Source: a virus
Lineage: Duplodnaviria > Caudoviricetes
Length of the DNA: 64,000 bases
IMG/VR virus record: IMGVR_UViG_3300037067_010363
Coordinates: 4,609 to 68,608 of that record
Direction: 5' to 3' (one strand)
Positions 1 to 8,055 of the stretch are shown here, in pieces; the first letter of the stretch is position 1; every line of letters begins with the position of its first letter. Under the pieces are notes generated by a model. That model had not been told where the DNA came from. It saw nothing but the letters and a program-made list of their open reading frames with translations, and ran no database searches. The position numbers were made by a program, and so were the translations under genes.

Positions 1-24
1 TATAAACTTAAATAAAAGAATAAA

Positions 25-192
25 ATGAAAAAACTTTGGAAATGGTTATTTGGAACACGAAAGCAGCAATGCAATATACACGATGTTAGCAAATCGTGCC
101 CTTGCTGTGATGGTACTGGATATTGCGAAGGAGAACATTATGACGATTTACAAGCATGTTTAACCTGTGGAGGGTCTGGGCATGTTTGCTAA
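25..192 (+). CDS. 55-aa cassette protein with DnaJ-type zinc-finger motifs (not in ORF track)
   Basis: Hand translation: MKKLWKWLFGTRKQQCNIHDVSKSCPCCDGTGYCEGEHYDDLQACLTCGGSGHVC*. Two CxxCxGxG motifs; the TAA lies inside the GCTAAC box. Confidence 0.7.
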   Translation: MKKLWKWLFGTRKQQCNIHDVSKSCPCCDGTGYCEGEHYDDLQACLTCGGSGHVC

Positions 193-281
193 CGTTTTGC
201 GTGTTTATGTCAGGCGGACATAACACAAACTTATTTACTAACCGCAAGCTATCCGCCCGCTTGCATAAACACGCTGTTAGC
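188..281. repeat. attC-like site 1 (94-bp imperfect inverted repeat)
   Basis: GCTAAC 188-193 / GTTAGC 276-281; GCGTGTTTATG 199-209 / CATAAACACGC 264-274 (perfect 11 bp); GGCGGA 213-218 / TCCGCC 252-257. Confidence 0.8.
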
Positions 282-294
282 AGCAGTTTTAATT

Positions 295-516
295 ATGGAA
301 AACTTAAAAGGATTTGAAAAAGTGACAGATTACGCTTGGATGAAGAAAGGTAGAAAGTATTGGAATATTTGGTTGGGGAATCCTTTTTGCATTTCATTAC
401 ACAAAGCACCTTTATCTATACCAAAAAAAGAAATAGAAATGGATTTGATAACAGGGCAGCAAGAGGCAAAAAGGGATTTTGCAAAACGATTTCCAGAAGT
501 GGAATGGGTCGGCTAA
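295..516 (+). CDS. Cassette-borne hypothetical protein (73 aa)
   Basis: ORF lies between GTTAGCAGCAGT (276) and ATTGCTGCTAAC (518); AATT-ATG start context. Confidence 0.7.
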   Translation: MENLKGFEKVTDYAWMKKGRKYWNIWLGNPFCISLHKAPLSIPKKEIEMDLITGQQEAKRDFAKRFPEVEWVG

Positions 517-523
517 AATTGCT

Positions 524-652
524 GCTAACGGTTGATAATATATTACGTGCCGAATACAAGGCATAAATTTATAAATACTTAAAAACTTTGATATGAAAAC
601 AAAACTTAAAAAATGGCTACGAAGCAAGGCATGGAATATATTATATGTTGTA
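524..652. repeat. attC-like site 2 (about 129-bp imperfect inverted repeat)
   Basis: GCTAAC 524-529, 5-nt spacer, then ATAATATATTACGTGCC 535-551 pairing with GGCATGGAATATATTAT 628-644 (15/17), then GTTGTA 647-652. Same arm asymmetry as site 1. Confidence 0.75.
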
Positions 653-853
653 CGCAGTTATTGTGCGGTGGTAATGTATAGTATTGGAAAGAAACCAGCT
701 TGTAGCACCTTTATTGATGAAGTAAGCATAACTGCTGGATATGGTAAATTAAACAGCATTGGAGATTTCCAATACGATTTACCAAGATGGTGTATTCGTA
801 AGATGTATAAAGGTTGTACTAAATGGAGTGATTATTTAGAAAAGTGTGCGTAG
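593..853 (+). CDS. Cassette-borne hypothetical protein (86 aa)
   Basis: ORF starts inside attC-like site 2 and stops 4 nt before ATTGCGTACAAC (858). Confidence 0.7.
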   Translation: MKTKLKKWLRSKAWNILYVVRSYCAVVMYSIGKKPACSTFIDEVSITAGYGKLNSIGDFQYDLPRWCIRKMYKGCTKWSDYLEKCA

Positions 854-857
854 GCTA

Positions 858-882
858 ATTGCGTACAACTAGTTTATATCCC
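858..882 (-). other. Terminal half-site of the cassette array; candidate attI-like junction
   Basis: The ATTGCGTACAAC box is not followed by inverted-repeat arms. The minus strand reads GATATAAACTAGTTGTACGCAAT, loosely like the AAAC-nn(n)-GTT core of attI1. Confidence 0.4.
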
Positions 883-949
883 TTAAAAAAGTAATACTTT
901 TTAAAGCTAAATGTTTTAAAATCTAAATGTTAATTAAATACCAATTATT

Positions 950-1306
950 ATGAAAATATTTGAAAGATTAATTATATTATTAATTATTATCTTATCATTA
1001 ATATCATCTTATTTATGTATTAAATATAATAGTTCAATATTATATTTAAACGCATTATTTTGGCTAGATATTGGAATAGTATTAAATTTTATATCTTTAT
1101 TTGATAAATACAAAGTAATTGATAAAATATATAGTATTGTCTTAATAAACATAGCAGTTATATTTAATTATTTTATTTTAGAAGATACAATACATAATTA
1201 TCCTAAAATAACTCTAGCAAATGCAATTATTTTATTATTTTTGATACTTATGTATATAGGTATGAATTCAAAATATATAAATGTAGATAAAATAGATAAT
1301 GAATAA
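950..1306 (+). CDS. Hypothetical membrane protein (about 4 TM)
   Basis: Four hydrophobic stretches in 118 aa. Confidence 0.6.
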   Translation: MKIFERLIILLIIILSLISSYLCIKYNSSILYLNALFWLDIGIVLNFISLFDKYKVIDKIYSIVLINIAVIFNYFILEDTIHNYPKITLANAIILLFLILMYIGMNSKYINVDKIDNE

Positions 1307-1574
1307 AAGTGTTTCTCAATTAAAAAAAGAGATAATAAATAAAATATATGAAGAAATCAAATTAGAATATCCAAATATCACTAAAATTGAAATAAAAGCT
1401 ATTATTAAACATTTTGAATACAAAATGTCTTATTGGGTAAAAAGAGGAAAACCTATCGAATTGAAACATCTTTGTACATTGGGGGTTATTAAATATAGAA
1501 AAGTTAAACCAAAATACAAGATTAACTACAACAAACAATATATGCTGAAAAGAATTGAAGAAAGTTTTGACTAA
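1299..1574 (+). CDS. HU/IHF-like DNA-binding protein
   Basis: 91 aa, basic; KKEIINKI...ITKIEIKAIIKHFEYKMSYWVKRGKPIELKHLCTLGV follows the HU helix-helix-strand layout. Confidence 0.6.
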   Translation: MNKSVSQLKKEIINKIYEEIKLEYPNITKIEIKAIIKHFEYKMSYWVKRGKPIELKHLCTLGVIKYRKVKPKYKINYNKQYMLKRIEESFD

Positions 1575-1586
1575 AATAAATAAATT

Positions 1587-2081
1587 ATGAATATTCTAGA
1601 TTTTTATAATGGCTTTGCTATTGCAATGCTATGTGTATTTATACAAAAAATAATGTTTCCTGGTATGATCCTTAATTGGTATTACAATTTCCTTATGTAT
1701 ATAAAAGCTAATTATACTTGGTTAAAACATTTATCTTCACTATTAGGATTATGCCCTTATTGTTATGGATTTTGGATATTAGTATTCTTTAATTATTATA
1801 TATCAAATGATGATTTTATTATTAAAATGTTTAGTAGTTTCCCTATATGGTTATTGTCTTTATTATTAATAATTCAATTTACTGATGTAATATATGTAGC
1901 TCCATTAGATAACTATATAAATAAATACAAAGTTTATAAGATTACTGATACAGAAATAAAATTTATAGGATTACGTTCATTATTTTATATTATTAAGAAA
2001 AATGCTATACCAGTAAAAGATTTCAATAAAGAAGCATTTGAAAATGGTATTTATTATATAAGAGAATCATGGAAGAAGTAA
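1587..2081 (+). CDS. DUF1360-like membrane protein
   Basis: TM helices plus an LLGLCPYCYGFW motif. Confidence 0.55.
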   Translation: MNILDFYNGFAIAMLCVFIQKIMFPGMILNWYYNFLMYIKANYTWLKHLSSLLGLCPYCYGFWILVFFNYYISNDDFIIKMFSSFPIWLLSLLLIIQFTDVIYVAPLDNYINKYKVYKITDTEIKFIGLRSLFYIIKKNAIPVKDFNKEAFENGIYYIRESWKK

Positions 2082-2434
2082 TTAAAAAATGTCTTGAAGA
2101 TATGTCATGTTCCATACTAGATAAACCAACTCTAGAATTATATCTTAAAAATTCTATTTTTAATAAATTATTATTAGATGGAACAGCATTAACTCCTGAA
2201 CTAGCATTAGAAAGATATAAAGGATATGATAATTATTGGAATAGTCTTTATGGTACTAGGGATCCTAAATATATTGCTACAAAAGATAGGAAAATGGGAT
2301 TTTTTTCATTTCTTGTTAAAGGAGAATATAATAAAATTTATAAATCTGTAGCTAGACCTAAAGATACATATTTATTTGGTAATAATACTATAGAATATCT
2401 TATAAAAAAACTTAAAACATTTCTAAATGGTTAG
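2069..2434 (+). CDS. Hypothetical protein
   Basis: 121-aa ORF overlapping both neighbours in an operon-like run. Confidence 0.65.
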   Translation: MEEVIKKCLEDMSCSILDKPTLELYLKNSIFNKLLLDGTALTPELALERYKGYDNYWNSLYGTRDPKYIATKDRKMGFFSFLVKGEYNKIYKSVARPKDTYLFGNNTIEYLIKKLKTFLNG

Positions 2435-3800
2435 TATAATAGAACCTCAATTAATTCCTCAAGATATTAATATTGAAAAATATATACTTGGAGGATTACT
2501 AATAAACTTTAATAAACAAGTCATAGATACAATAGAATTTTTAAATGATAATGATTTTTATATTGATACACATCAAAAAATATTCAAAACTATAAAAATT
2601 ATTATTAAAGATATAAATACTATTGATTTAGCTTTATTAATTAATAAATTAAATAGTTTAAATTATTTAGATAATATTACTCTTGATGCTTCATATATAT
2701 CAAATTTAACCTCCAATATATCGTCTAATGCTAATCTTATTTATTATGCTAAAATATTAAAACAAATATCCGTTCAAAGACAAATACTTCTTTTATGTGA
2801 TTATTATAAAAATGAATCATATAAGAAAAATATTGATGTTGCAGATATAATAGATAATATAACTAAAGATTTAAACAAAATAATAAATGATTTAGATAAA
2901 GAATCGTTTAGTAAATCTAATTTATCTGTAGTAAAAACATTTTTTGATGAAAAAAGAAGTGTTAAAGGTAATACAAGGAAATTAGGATATGATAAATTTG
3001 ATAATGAAATTAAAATATCACCTAATAAGATAATCTTATTGTCTGGTCATGCAAAAGCTGGAAAATCTAGAATGATGTGCAATATTATGTTTCGTCTATT
3101 AGAAAATTATAATGATATTTCCGTATTTTGGATTACATTAGAAGATAGTGCATTTGATATTTTAGCTACATATCTCTCATATAAAACAGGATTAACTAGG
3201 GAAGATATAAAAAATAAAACCTATGATGATAAATCATTTGCATTAATGAAAGAACATATAGAAAGATTTAAAACTTTTGATATTGAATATATAGAAGAAT
3301 CAGCAAAAATATCAAAAATGAATTTGTTATTTCAAGAATTTTGCAAAAATAGAAAAAATAGATTCCCTATTTTTATATTAGATAATATACTTTCTATGTC
3401 TGATAGAGATGATTTTAAGAATAATGATAATAGTATGTATGATTATGTTATGCAAGAATCATTAAGAATAAGACAAAGAACAAAAGCAACTATATTCATT
3501 ATTCATCATTTTAAAGATAGTCAAATGGGTGAAAATAAATTAGAAATAGCATATCGCCCAAGATTAACAGATTTAAAAGGTACAGAAGCATTTAGAAGGG
3601 TCCCTAATCAAGTATTAATGATCAACTATCCTCCATTTCATAAAGACTTAATAAATGAATATAAAGGCGAACAACAAGAAATATTAAAACATTTATTATT
3701 AGTTGATTCTGGTGCAAATAGAGATGGTGGTACTGATGATGATTTTTCTATTATCAGATTTTTTGTTGATTATGGTAAAAATAAATTTATGGAAATATAA
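2427..3800 (+). CDS. dnaB: DnaB-like replicative helicase
   Basis: DnaB-N-like start (PQDINIEKYILGGLLI...DFYIDTHQKIF), Walker A GHAKAGKS, Walker B PIFILDN, and RPRLTDLKGT resembling RPxLSDLRES. Confidence 0.8.
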   Translation: MVSIIEPQLIPQDINIEKYILGGLLINFNKQVIDTIEFLNDNDFYIDTHQKIFKTIKIIIKDINTIDLALLINKLNSLNYLDNITLDASYISNLTSNISSNANLIYYAKILKQISVQRQILLLCDYYKNESYKKNIDVADIIDNITKDLNKIINDLDKESFSKSNLSVVKTFFDEKRSVKGNTRKLGYDKFDNEIKISPNKIILLSGHAKAGKSRMMCNIMFRLLENYNDISVFWITLEDSAFDILATYLSYKTGLTREDIKNKTYDDKSFALMKEHIERFKTFDIEYIEESAKISKMNLLFQEFCKNRKNRFPIFILDNILSMSDRDDFKNNDNSMYDYVMQESLRIRQRTKATIFIIHHFKDSQMGENKLEIAYRPRLTDLKGTEAFRRVPNQVLMINYPPFHKDLINEYKGEQQEILKHLLLVDSGANRDGGTDDDFSIIRFFVDYGKNKFMEI

Positions 3801-3979
3801 TGTTAGAAGAACAAATAAATTATTATTGGAAAAGTAAAAATGAAAATACTATTAAAAGATTAGCAGAATTAGATAATAATCATTTAGTAAATATTATTAA
3901 AAAAATATATAGAGGTTCTAATCTTAAAAAGTTTAATACATTGTCAAAAAGTAACATTTTATTAGGATTCGATGATTGA
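3800..3979 (+). CDS. Hypothetical 59-aa protein (not in ORF track)
   Basis: MLEEQINYYWKSKNENTIKRLAELDNNHLVNIIKK...; fills the gap with overlaps at both ends. Confidence 0.6.
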   Translation: MLEEQINYYWKSKNENTIKRLAELDNNHLVNIIKKIYRGSNLKKFNTLSKSNILLGFDD

Positions 3980-4418
3980 AATATATAATCCACTATTCAA
4001 GATTAAAACAAATAAACATTGTAATATAGATAAACAAATAAAAAATTCATTAAGTGCTGTTAAAGAAATTCAATGTTTATATGAAAAACATAATGATTTA
4101 TATATAATAGAACATAGTTTTCTAATAGTAATTAATAGAAATAATAAAATTATTAATATTTATATGATTAGCAAAGGAGATTATACATCTACATTTATGA
4201 ATCCAGTTATAATATTCAAATTACTTGTAGATAATTTAGCTAGTGCTTTTATTATTGCTCATAATCATCCATCAGAAAATTTGAAACCCTCTGATAGTGA
4301 TATAAAAATAAATAATAATTTAAAAGAGATAGGTAAATTGTTTAATATAAGTATGTTGGATAGTATAATTTTTACAAAAACCAAATATTTTTCTTTTGCA
4401 GATGAAGGTTTAATTTAA
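3972..4418 (+). CDS. radC: RadC-like JAB/MPN domain protein
   Basis: AHNHPSENLKPSDSD...IGKLFNISMLDSIIF...YFSFADEG matches the RadC HNHPSG..PS..D signature. Confidence 0.85.
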   Translation: MIEIYNPLFKIKTNKHCNIDKQIKNSLSAVKEIQCLYEKHNDLYIIEHSFLIVINRNNKIINIYMISKGDYTSTFMNPVIIFKLLVDNLASAFIIAHNHPSENLKPSDSDIKINNNLKEIGKLFNISMLDSIIFTKTKYFSFADEGLI

Positions 4419-4431
4419 AAAATAATTTAAT

Positions 4432-4632
4432 ATGAAAGAAACAAGAATTGAAACTAAAGTAATAACTAAAAATGGTAAAGAAGAAGATATTTCATTATTA
4501 CTTACTTCACAAACACAAATAGTCAAGTCTGGAAATAACACAGCAATATTATCTCCTGATTTAACAAATAACATTATAATAAAAGAAGATTATAATGATG
4601 TATTATTAATTATTAATAACTTAAATAAATAA
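4432..4632 (+). CDS. Hypothetical protein
   Basis: 66-aa ORF in operon. Confidence 0.55.
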   Translation: MKETRIETKVITKNGKEEDISLLLTSQTQIVKSGNNTAILSPDLTNNIIIKEDYNDVLLIINNLNK

Positions 4633-4636
4633 CACT

Positions 4637-6073
4637 ATGATTGAATCTTTTAAAGTAGATTTTTTAAATCACAAATTATTACAAGATACACAAGCTGAAT
4701 TTAAAGCTGGGAATTTATATTATATAGAAGGAAGTAATGAAAAAGGTAAAACTACATTTATCAATGCTTTAAGAAATCTTATTACAGGAAAAGCTAATAA
4801 AACAAATAATGTTACATATGGTCAAACAGATGGATATGTAAAAGGAGAATTTAATTTAATAGGAGGAAATAAAGAAAAATATATTATTAAATGGGATTTT
4901 ACCCAAGAGAAAAATTCTTTTGTTATTATTGATCCTAAAACAAATGTTCATAAATCAACATCAAGAAATAATATTGTTGCTGAGATATTCAAATATAATG
5001 ATTTTACTATTGATGAATGGTTCCAATGGGGTTTAACATCTGAAGGAAGAAGAAAACAAGCTTCTATATTATTAAATTTACTTCCTCCTGATATTCTTAA
5101 TAAATACAACAAATTAGAAGGAGAAACTAATACTACTTATGGCACTTTGTATTCTACAAGAACAAAAGAAAATAATATCTATGATAGCATAAAAATGACT
5201 TTAGATTCATTAAAGATTACAAATGATGATTTAGCCACAATAAAAAAAGAAAATGAATATAATAAGATTGTAGAAAAATACAACAGTAATAAAGTTTATA
5301 AATCAGAAAAGGAATTATTAGAAGTAAAATATAATTCAATAGAAGATAAAATTAAATCACTTAATAAAGAATTATTAGAAAAAGAAGATATACAAAATAT
5401 TAATAATAAAAGAGATAATGATTTAATTTCAGAATATCTAAAGAAAATAGAAGATTTACGTCTTAAAATTCAAAAAGATATTCAAAGTTTTAATGAATTT
5501 AAAGTTAATTATGAAAAGAATATTGATGAATGTAATAAAGATAAAAATAATATTAATATATTCTTAAATGAATATAATAATATGGATATTATTTCAGATG
5601 ATATCTTTAATAATGCTAAAACAGAATTAAATAAGATATTATTATTAAAAGATAAAGCAAATAATTTTACTTCTACTCAACAAAAGCTTAATACCCAATT
5701 TGAAATAATTAATAATTTAAATAATGAAATAAGTAATAAAAGAAAAGAAAAAACAGAACTATTATCATTAGCTAAACTGCCAGAAAATATAATTATAGAA
5801 GATGGTGAAGTAATGTATAAAGATAATGATAATATTATTCCATTTACAGAAAATAATGTATCATATTCAACAGGAGGAATGGTAATAGCTAAATTAATGA
5901 TTATGCTTAATAAAACATTACCTATTTGGTTATTTGGTAAAGCAGAAAGCTATGATACAAGTAGAATAAAAGAATTTATTAAATTAGCAGAAGAAAATAA
6001 TGGTATTATAATAATGGATAAAGTTATAGAAAATGAAAATATTCCATTATCAATTAAATGTGTTGAACTCTAA
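4637..6073 (+). CDS. SMC/RecN/SbcC-like coiled-coil ATPase
   Basis: N-terminal Walker A GSNEKGKTT, long central coiled coil, C-terminal YSTGG signature-like segment. Confidence 0.75.
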   Translation: MIESFKVDFLNHKLLQDTQAEFKAGNLYYIEGSNEKGKTTFINALRNLITGKANKTNNVTYGQTDGYVKGEFNLIGGNKEKYIIKWDFTQEKNSFVIIDPKTNVHKSTSRNNIVAEIFKYNDFTIDEWFQWGLTSEGRRKQASILLNLLPPDILNKYNKLEGETNTTYGTLYSTRTKENNIYDSIKMTLDSLKITNDDLATIKKENEYNKIVEKYNSNKVYKSEKELLEVKYNSIEDKIKSLNKELLEKEDIQNINNKRDNDLISEYLKKIEDLRLKIQKDIQSFNEFKVNYEKNIDECNKDKNNINIFLNEYNNMDIISDDIFNNAKTELNKILLLKDKANNFTSTQQKLNTQFEIINNLNNEISNKRKEKTELLSLAKLPENIIIEDGEVMYKDNDNIIPFTENNVSYSTGGMVIAKLMIMLNKTLPIWLFGKAESYDTSRIKEFIKLAEENNGIIIMDKVIENENIPLSIKCVEL

Positions 6074-6084
6074 ATTTTAAAATT

Positions 6085-6723
6085 ATGGCACTAGATGAAG
6101 GTAAATCAGGTCTTATTTATTTAACTATAAAAGGACTTAAAAAAGATGCAGAGAAAATTTATATTGAAAAATATGAAGGGAAAAATGTTGAAGGGAAACA
6201 TTATAAATCTGTTGAAGGCAATCTTGTTAAAATAACATTTCCGGATAAAGAATATGAAAGTAAAAAATATAAAGGATGTTGTATTTATCTCAAAGATAAA
6301 GATGAAACATATGTGTTAAAAAGTGGATTTGATAAAATTACTAATATTATTCGAAGTATATTAAATCAAATTCTAAACCTTAAATCTTTTGATAATATAA
6401 AGATAACTGTTAAAGGTGGAGAAAATGATTATAAGAATGCTTGGGTATCTCAAAATGATAATAAAGCGGGATTTTATCTTTCATTAGATGAAATTAATGC
6501 TTTGATAGAAAAATATACCATTAATGGAGATACTGTTAAATCTTATTCTAAATTAGATGAAAGATTTATAGAACTTGTAGAACTTTCTATTAATTCTGTG
6601 TTGAATTGTAAAAATAACGATATAGAAAATAATAAACCTGAAATTAAAGACAATAAAGTTGTAGATCCTATTCAAAGTCTTTCTGATGAAGATGATTCTA
6701 ATATTGATAATTTACCATTTTAA
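6085..6723 (+). CDS. Putative single-stranded DNA-binding protein
   Basis: Acidic C-terminal tail DEDDSNIDNLPF typical of SSBs; lies in the recombination cluster. Confidence 0.6.
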   Translation: MALDEGKSGLIYLTIKGLKKDAEKIYIEKYEGKNVEGKHYKSVEGNLVKITFPDKEYESKKYKGCCIYLKDKDETYVLKSGFDKITNIIRSILNQILNLKSFDNIKITVKGGENDYKNAWVSQNDNKAGFYLSLDEINALIEKYTINGDTVKSYSKLDERFIELVELSINSVLNCKNNDIENNKPEIKDNKVVDPIQSLSDEDDSNIDNLPF

Positions 6724-6725
6724 TT

Positions 6726-6995
6726 ATGAATACAAATCAAATAATAAGCAAACAAGTAGCTCAAGAATGTGCAGCAGAATTGTTAACAAGAAATAATAAA
6801 GAAGTAAATGTAGATGATTATAATAAAATTGTTAAATGTCTATGCAAATGGATTTTAGCTAAAGGAGAAGAAAGAGATATATTAATACAAAGACAAGCAG
6901 CATTAAAAAGAGCTTACCTTTGTATAAATATTTTAACTCCTAAAATAGATTCCACAATAAAATTAATTGATTTAGCTGAAATATTATTATGTTAG
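6726..6995 (+). CDS. Hypothetical protein with a duplicated helical motif
   Basis: IISKQVAQECAAEL and LIQRQAALKRAYL resemble each other. Confidence 0.6.
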   Translation: MNTNQIISKQVAQECAAELLTRNNKEVNVDDYNKIVKCLCKWILAKGEERDILIQRQAALKRAYLCINILTPKIDSTIKLIDLAEILLC

Positions 6996-8050
6996 AAGGA
7001 TTTAATGATGATAAACAAATATCAATAGCAGAAAAAGAACAAATTAAAACAAAAGAAATTATAGATGTTGATTTCTCTATTGATACTTCGCCTAAAATTA
7101 ATCCTAATACTAATAAGGACAAAATATATATTAGTCAATCATTAATTAAATTAATAATTGATAAATTTCAAATAGAAAAAGAATTTTGTCCTAAATATAT
7201 ATATGATTTATATATAGCAAAAACAAAATCTTCTATTCCATCTGAAAATATGATTAGAGGTTTGTATTTTGAAACAGCATTATTAGGTGCTACATCTGGC
7301 GAAAATGGTGTTTATGATTTGCCAAGAAAATTATTATCTAAAAAGAAAATAGCTGAATTAACATCATTAGGATTACCTATAATAGGTGAAAAAAGACTTT
7401 CTCATATTAGAATAGATAATCAAATAGAAAGAGCTAAGATGCGATTTAGTGATTTAGAATTAAATATTTTGCCTAATATCAACACTCAAATTAAAATCCT
7501 CAAAAATTGGAATGATAGATACATCCTATCTGGCGTATTAGATATTTTCCCTACAACTATTAATCAAATATTGAAAGAAAATGGAAATATTTTCACCATA
7601 AATAGATTAGCAATAGTTGACCTTAAATTAACAGGAGATATTTATTGTACATCAGGACCTTTTGGATGGGGTAATTTTAAACATATGGATCATCTTCAAG
7701 CTGACATGTATCATTATCTTGTAGAAGATATAGATTTTGAATTAAATCCGCATTTGAAAAATCTTATTACAGAACCTATTCTTAATATCATAAAAAATAA
7801 ACAATTATTATTTCTTTATTGGGTATTTGGCTATAAAGAACCATTAGAAAAACAAGACAAAATATTTGAAAAGGAATATAATAATCATGATATAAGAGAA
7901 TTAAAAGAACGAATAAGAAAGACTATTGCAGTATTAGAAAGAGAAGAACAATTTGGTTGGCAACCTAAAAATTGTGATATGTGTTTTAAATGTCCAAATA
8001 ATATGCATATAGGAGGTAATTGTCATTTAAGTATAATTTGTAAAATTTAA
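6989..8050 (+). CDS. PD-(D/E)xK exonuclease, Cas4/AddB-like with probable Fe-S cysteines
   Basis: YISQS...FCPK, GLYFE, SGVLDI, IVDLK, HLQADMY and C-terminal CDMCFKC...C. Confidence 0.7.
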   Translation: MLEGFNDDKQISIAEKEQIKTKEIIDVDFSIDTSPKINPNTNKDKIYISQSLIKLIIDKFQIEKEFCPKYIYDLYIAKTKSSIPSENMIRGLYFETALLGATSGENGVYDLPRKLLSKKKIAELTSLGLPIIGEKRLSHIRIDNQIERAKMRFSDLELNILPNINTQIKILKNWNDRYILSGVLDIFPTTINQILKENGNIFTINRLAIVDLKLTGDIYCTSGPFGWGNFKHMDHLQADMYHYLVEDIDFELNPHLKNLITEPILNIIKNKQLLFLYWVFGYKEPLEKQDKIFEKEYNNHDIRELKERIRKTIAVLEREEQFGWQPKNCDMCFKCPNNMHIGGNCHLSIICKI

Positions 8051-8055
8051 TAATT

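Larger units (their letters stand above)
1..882. mobile_element. Integron-like cassette array (CALIN-like; no integrase in window; continues off the left edge)
   Basis: Three short ORFs, each bracketed by its own complementary GTT.../...AAC box pair: GTTAGCAAA 85-93 with TTTGCTAAC 185-193; GTTAGCAGCAGT 276-287 with ATTGCTGCTAAC 518-529; GTTGTACGCAGT 647-658 with ATTGCGTACAAC 858-869. attC-like inverted repeats lie between them. GC is higher than in the flank (22/60 at 181-240 versus 7/60 at 961-1020). Confidence 0.75.

Noticed and set aside
360-627. ORFs 360..566 (+) and 412..627 (-)
   Set aside because: They overlap the better-supported cassette ORFs and run across the attC-like site; probably shadow frames.
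1-882. CRISPR mini-array or simple terminators as the explanation for the repeats
   Set aside because: The units are not identical direct repeats with spacers. They are inverted repeats with unique interiors and cassette-specific complementary boxes, and they lack U-tracts.
883-935. CTAAATGTT direct repeat and TTAAAAAAG/CTTTTTAA hairpin as attI accessory sites or promoter
   Set aside because: Short AT-rich matches expected by chance at this composition; not supportable without comparative data.
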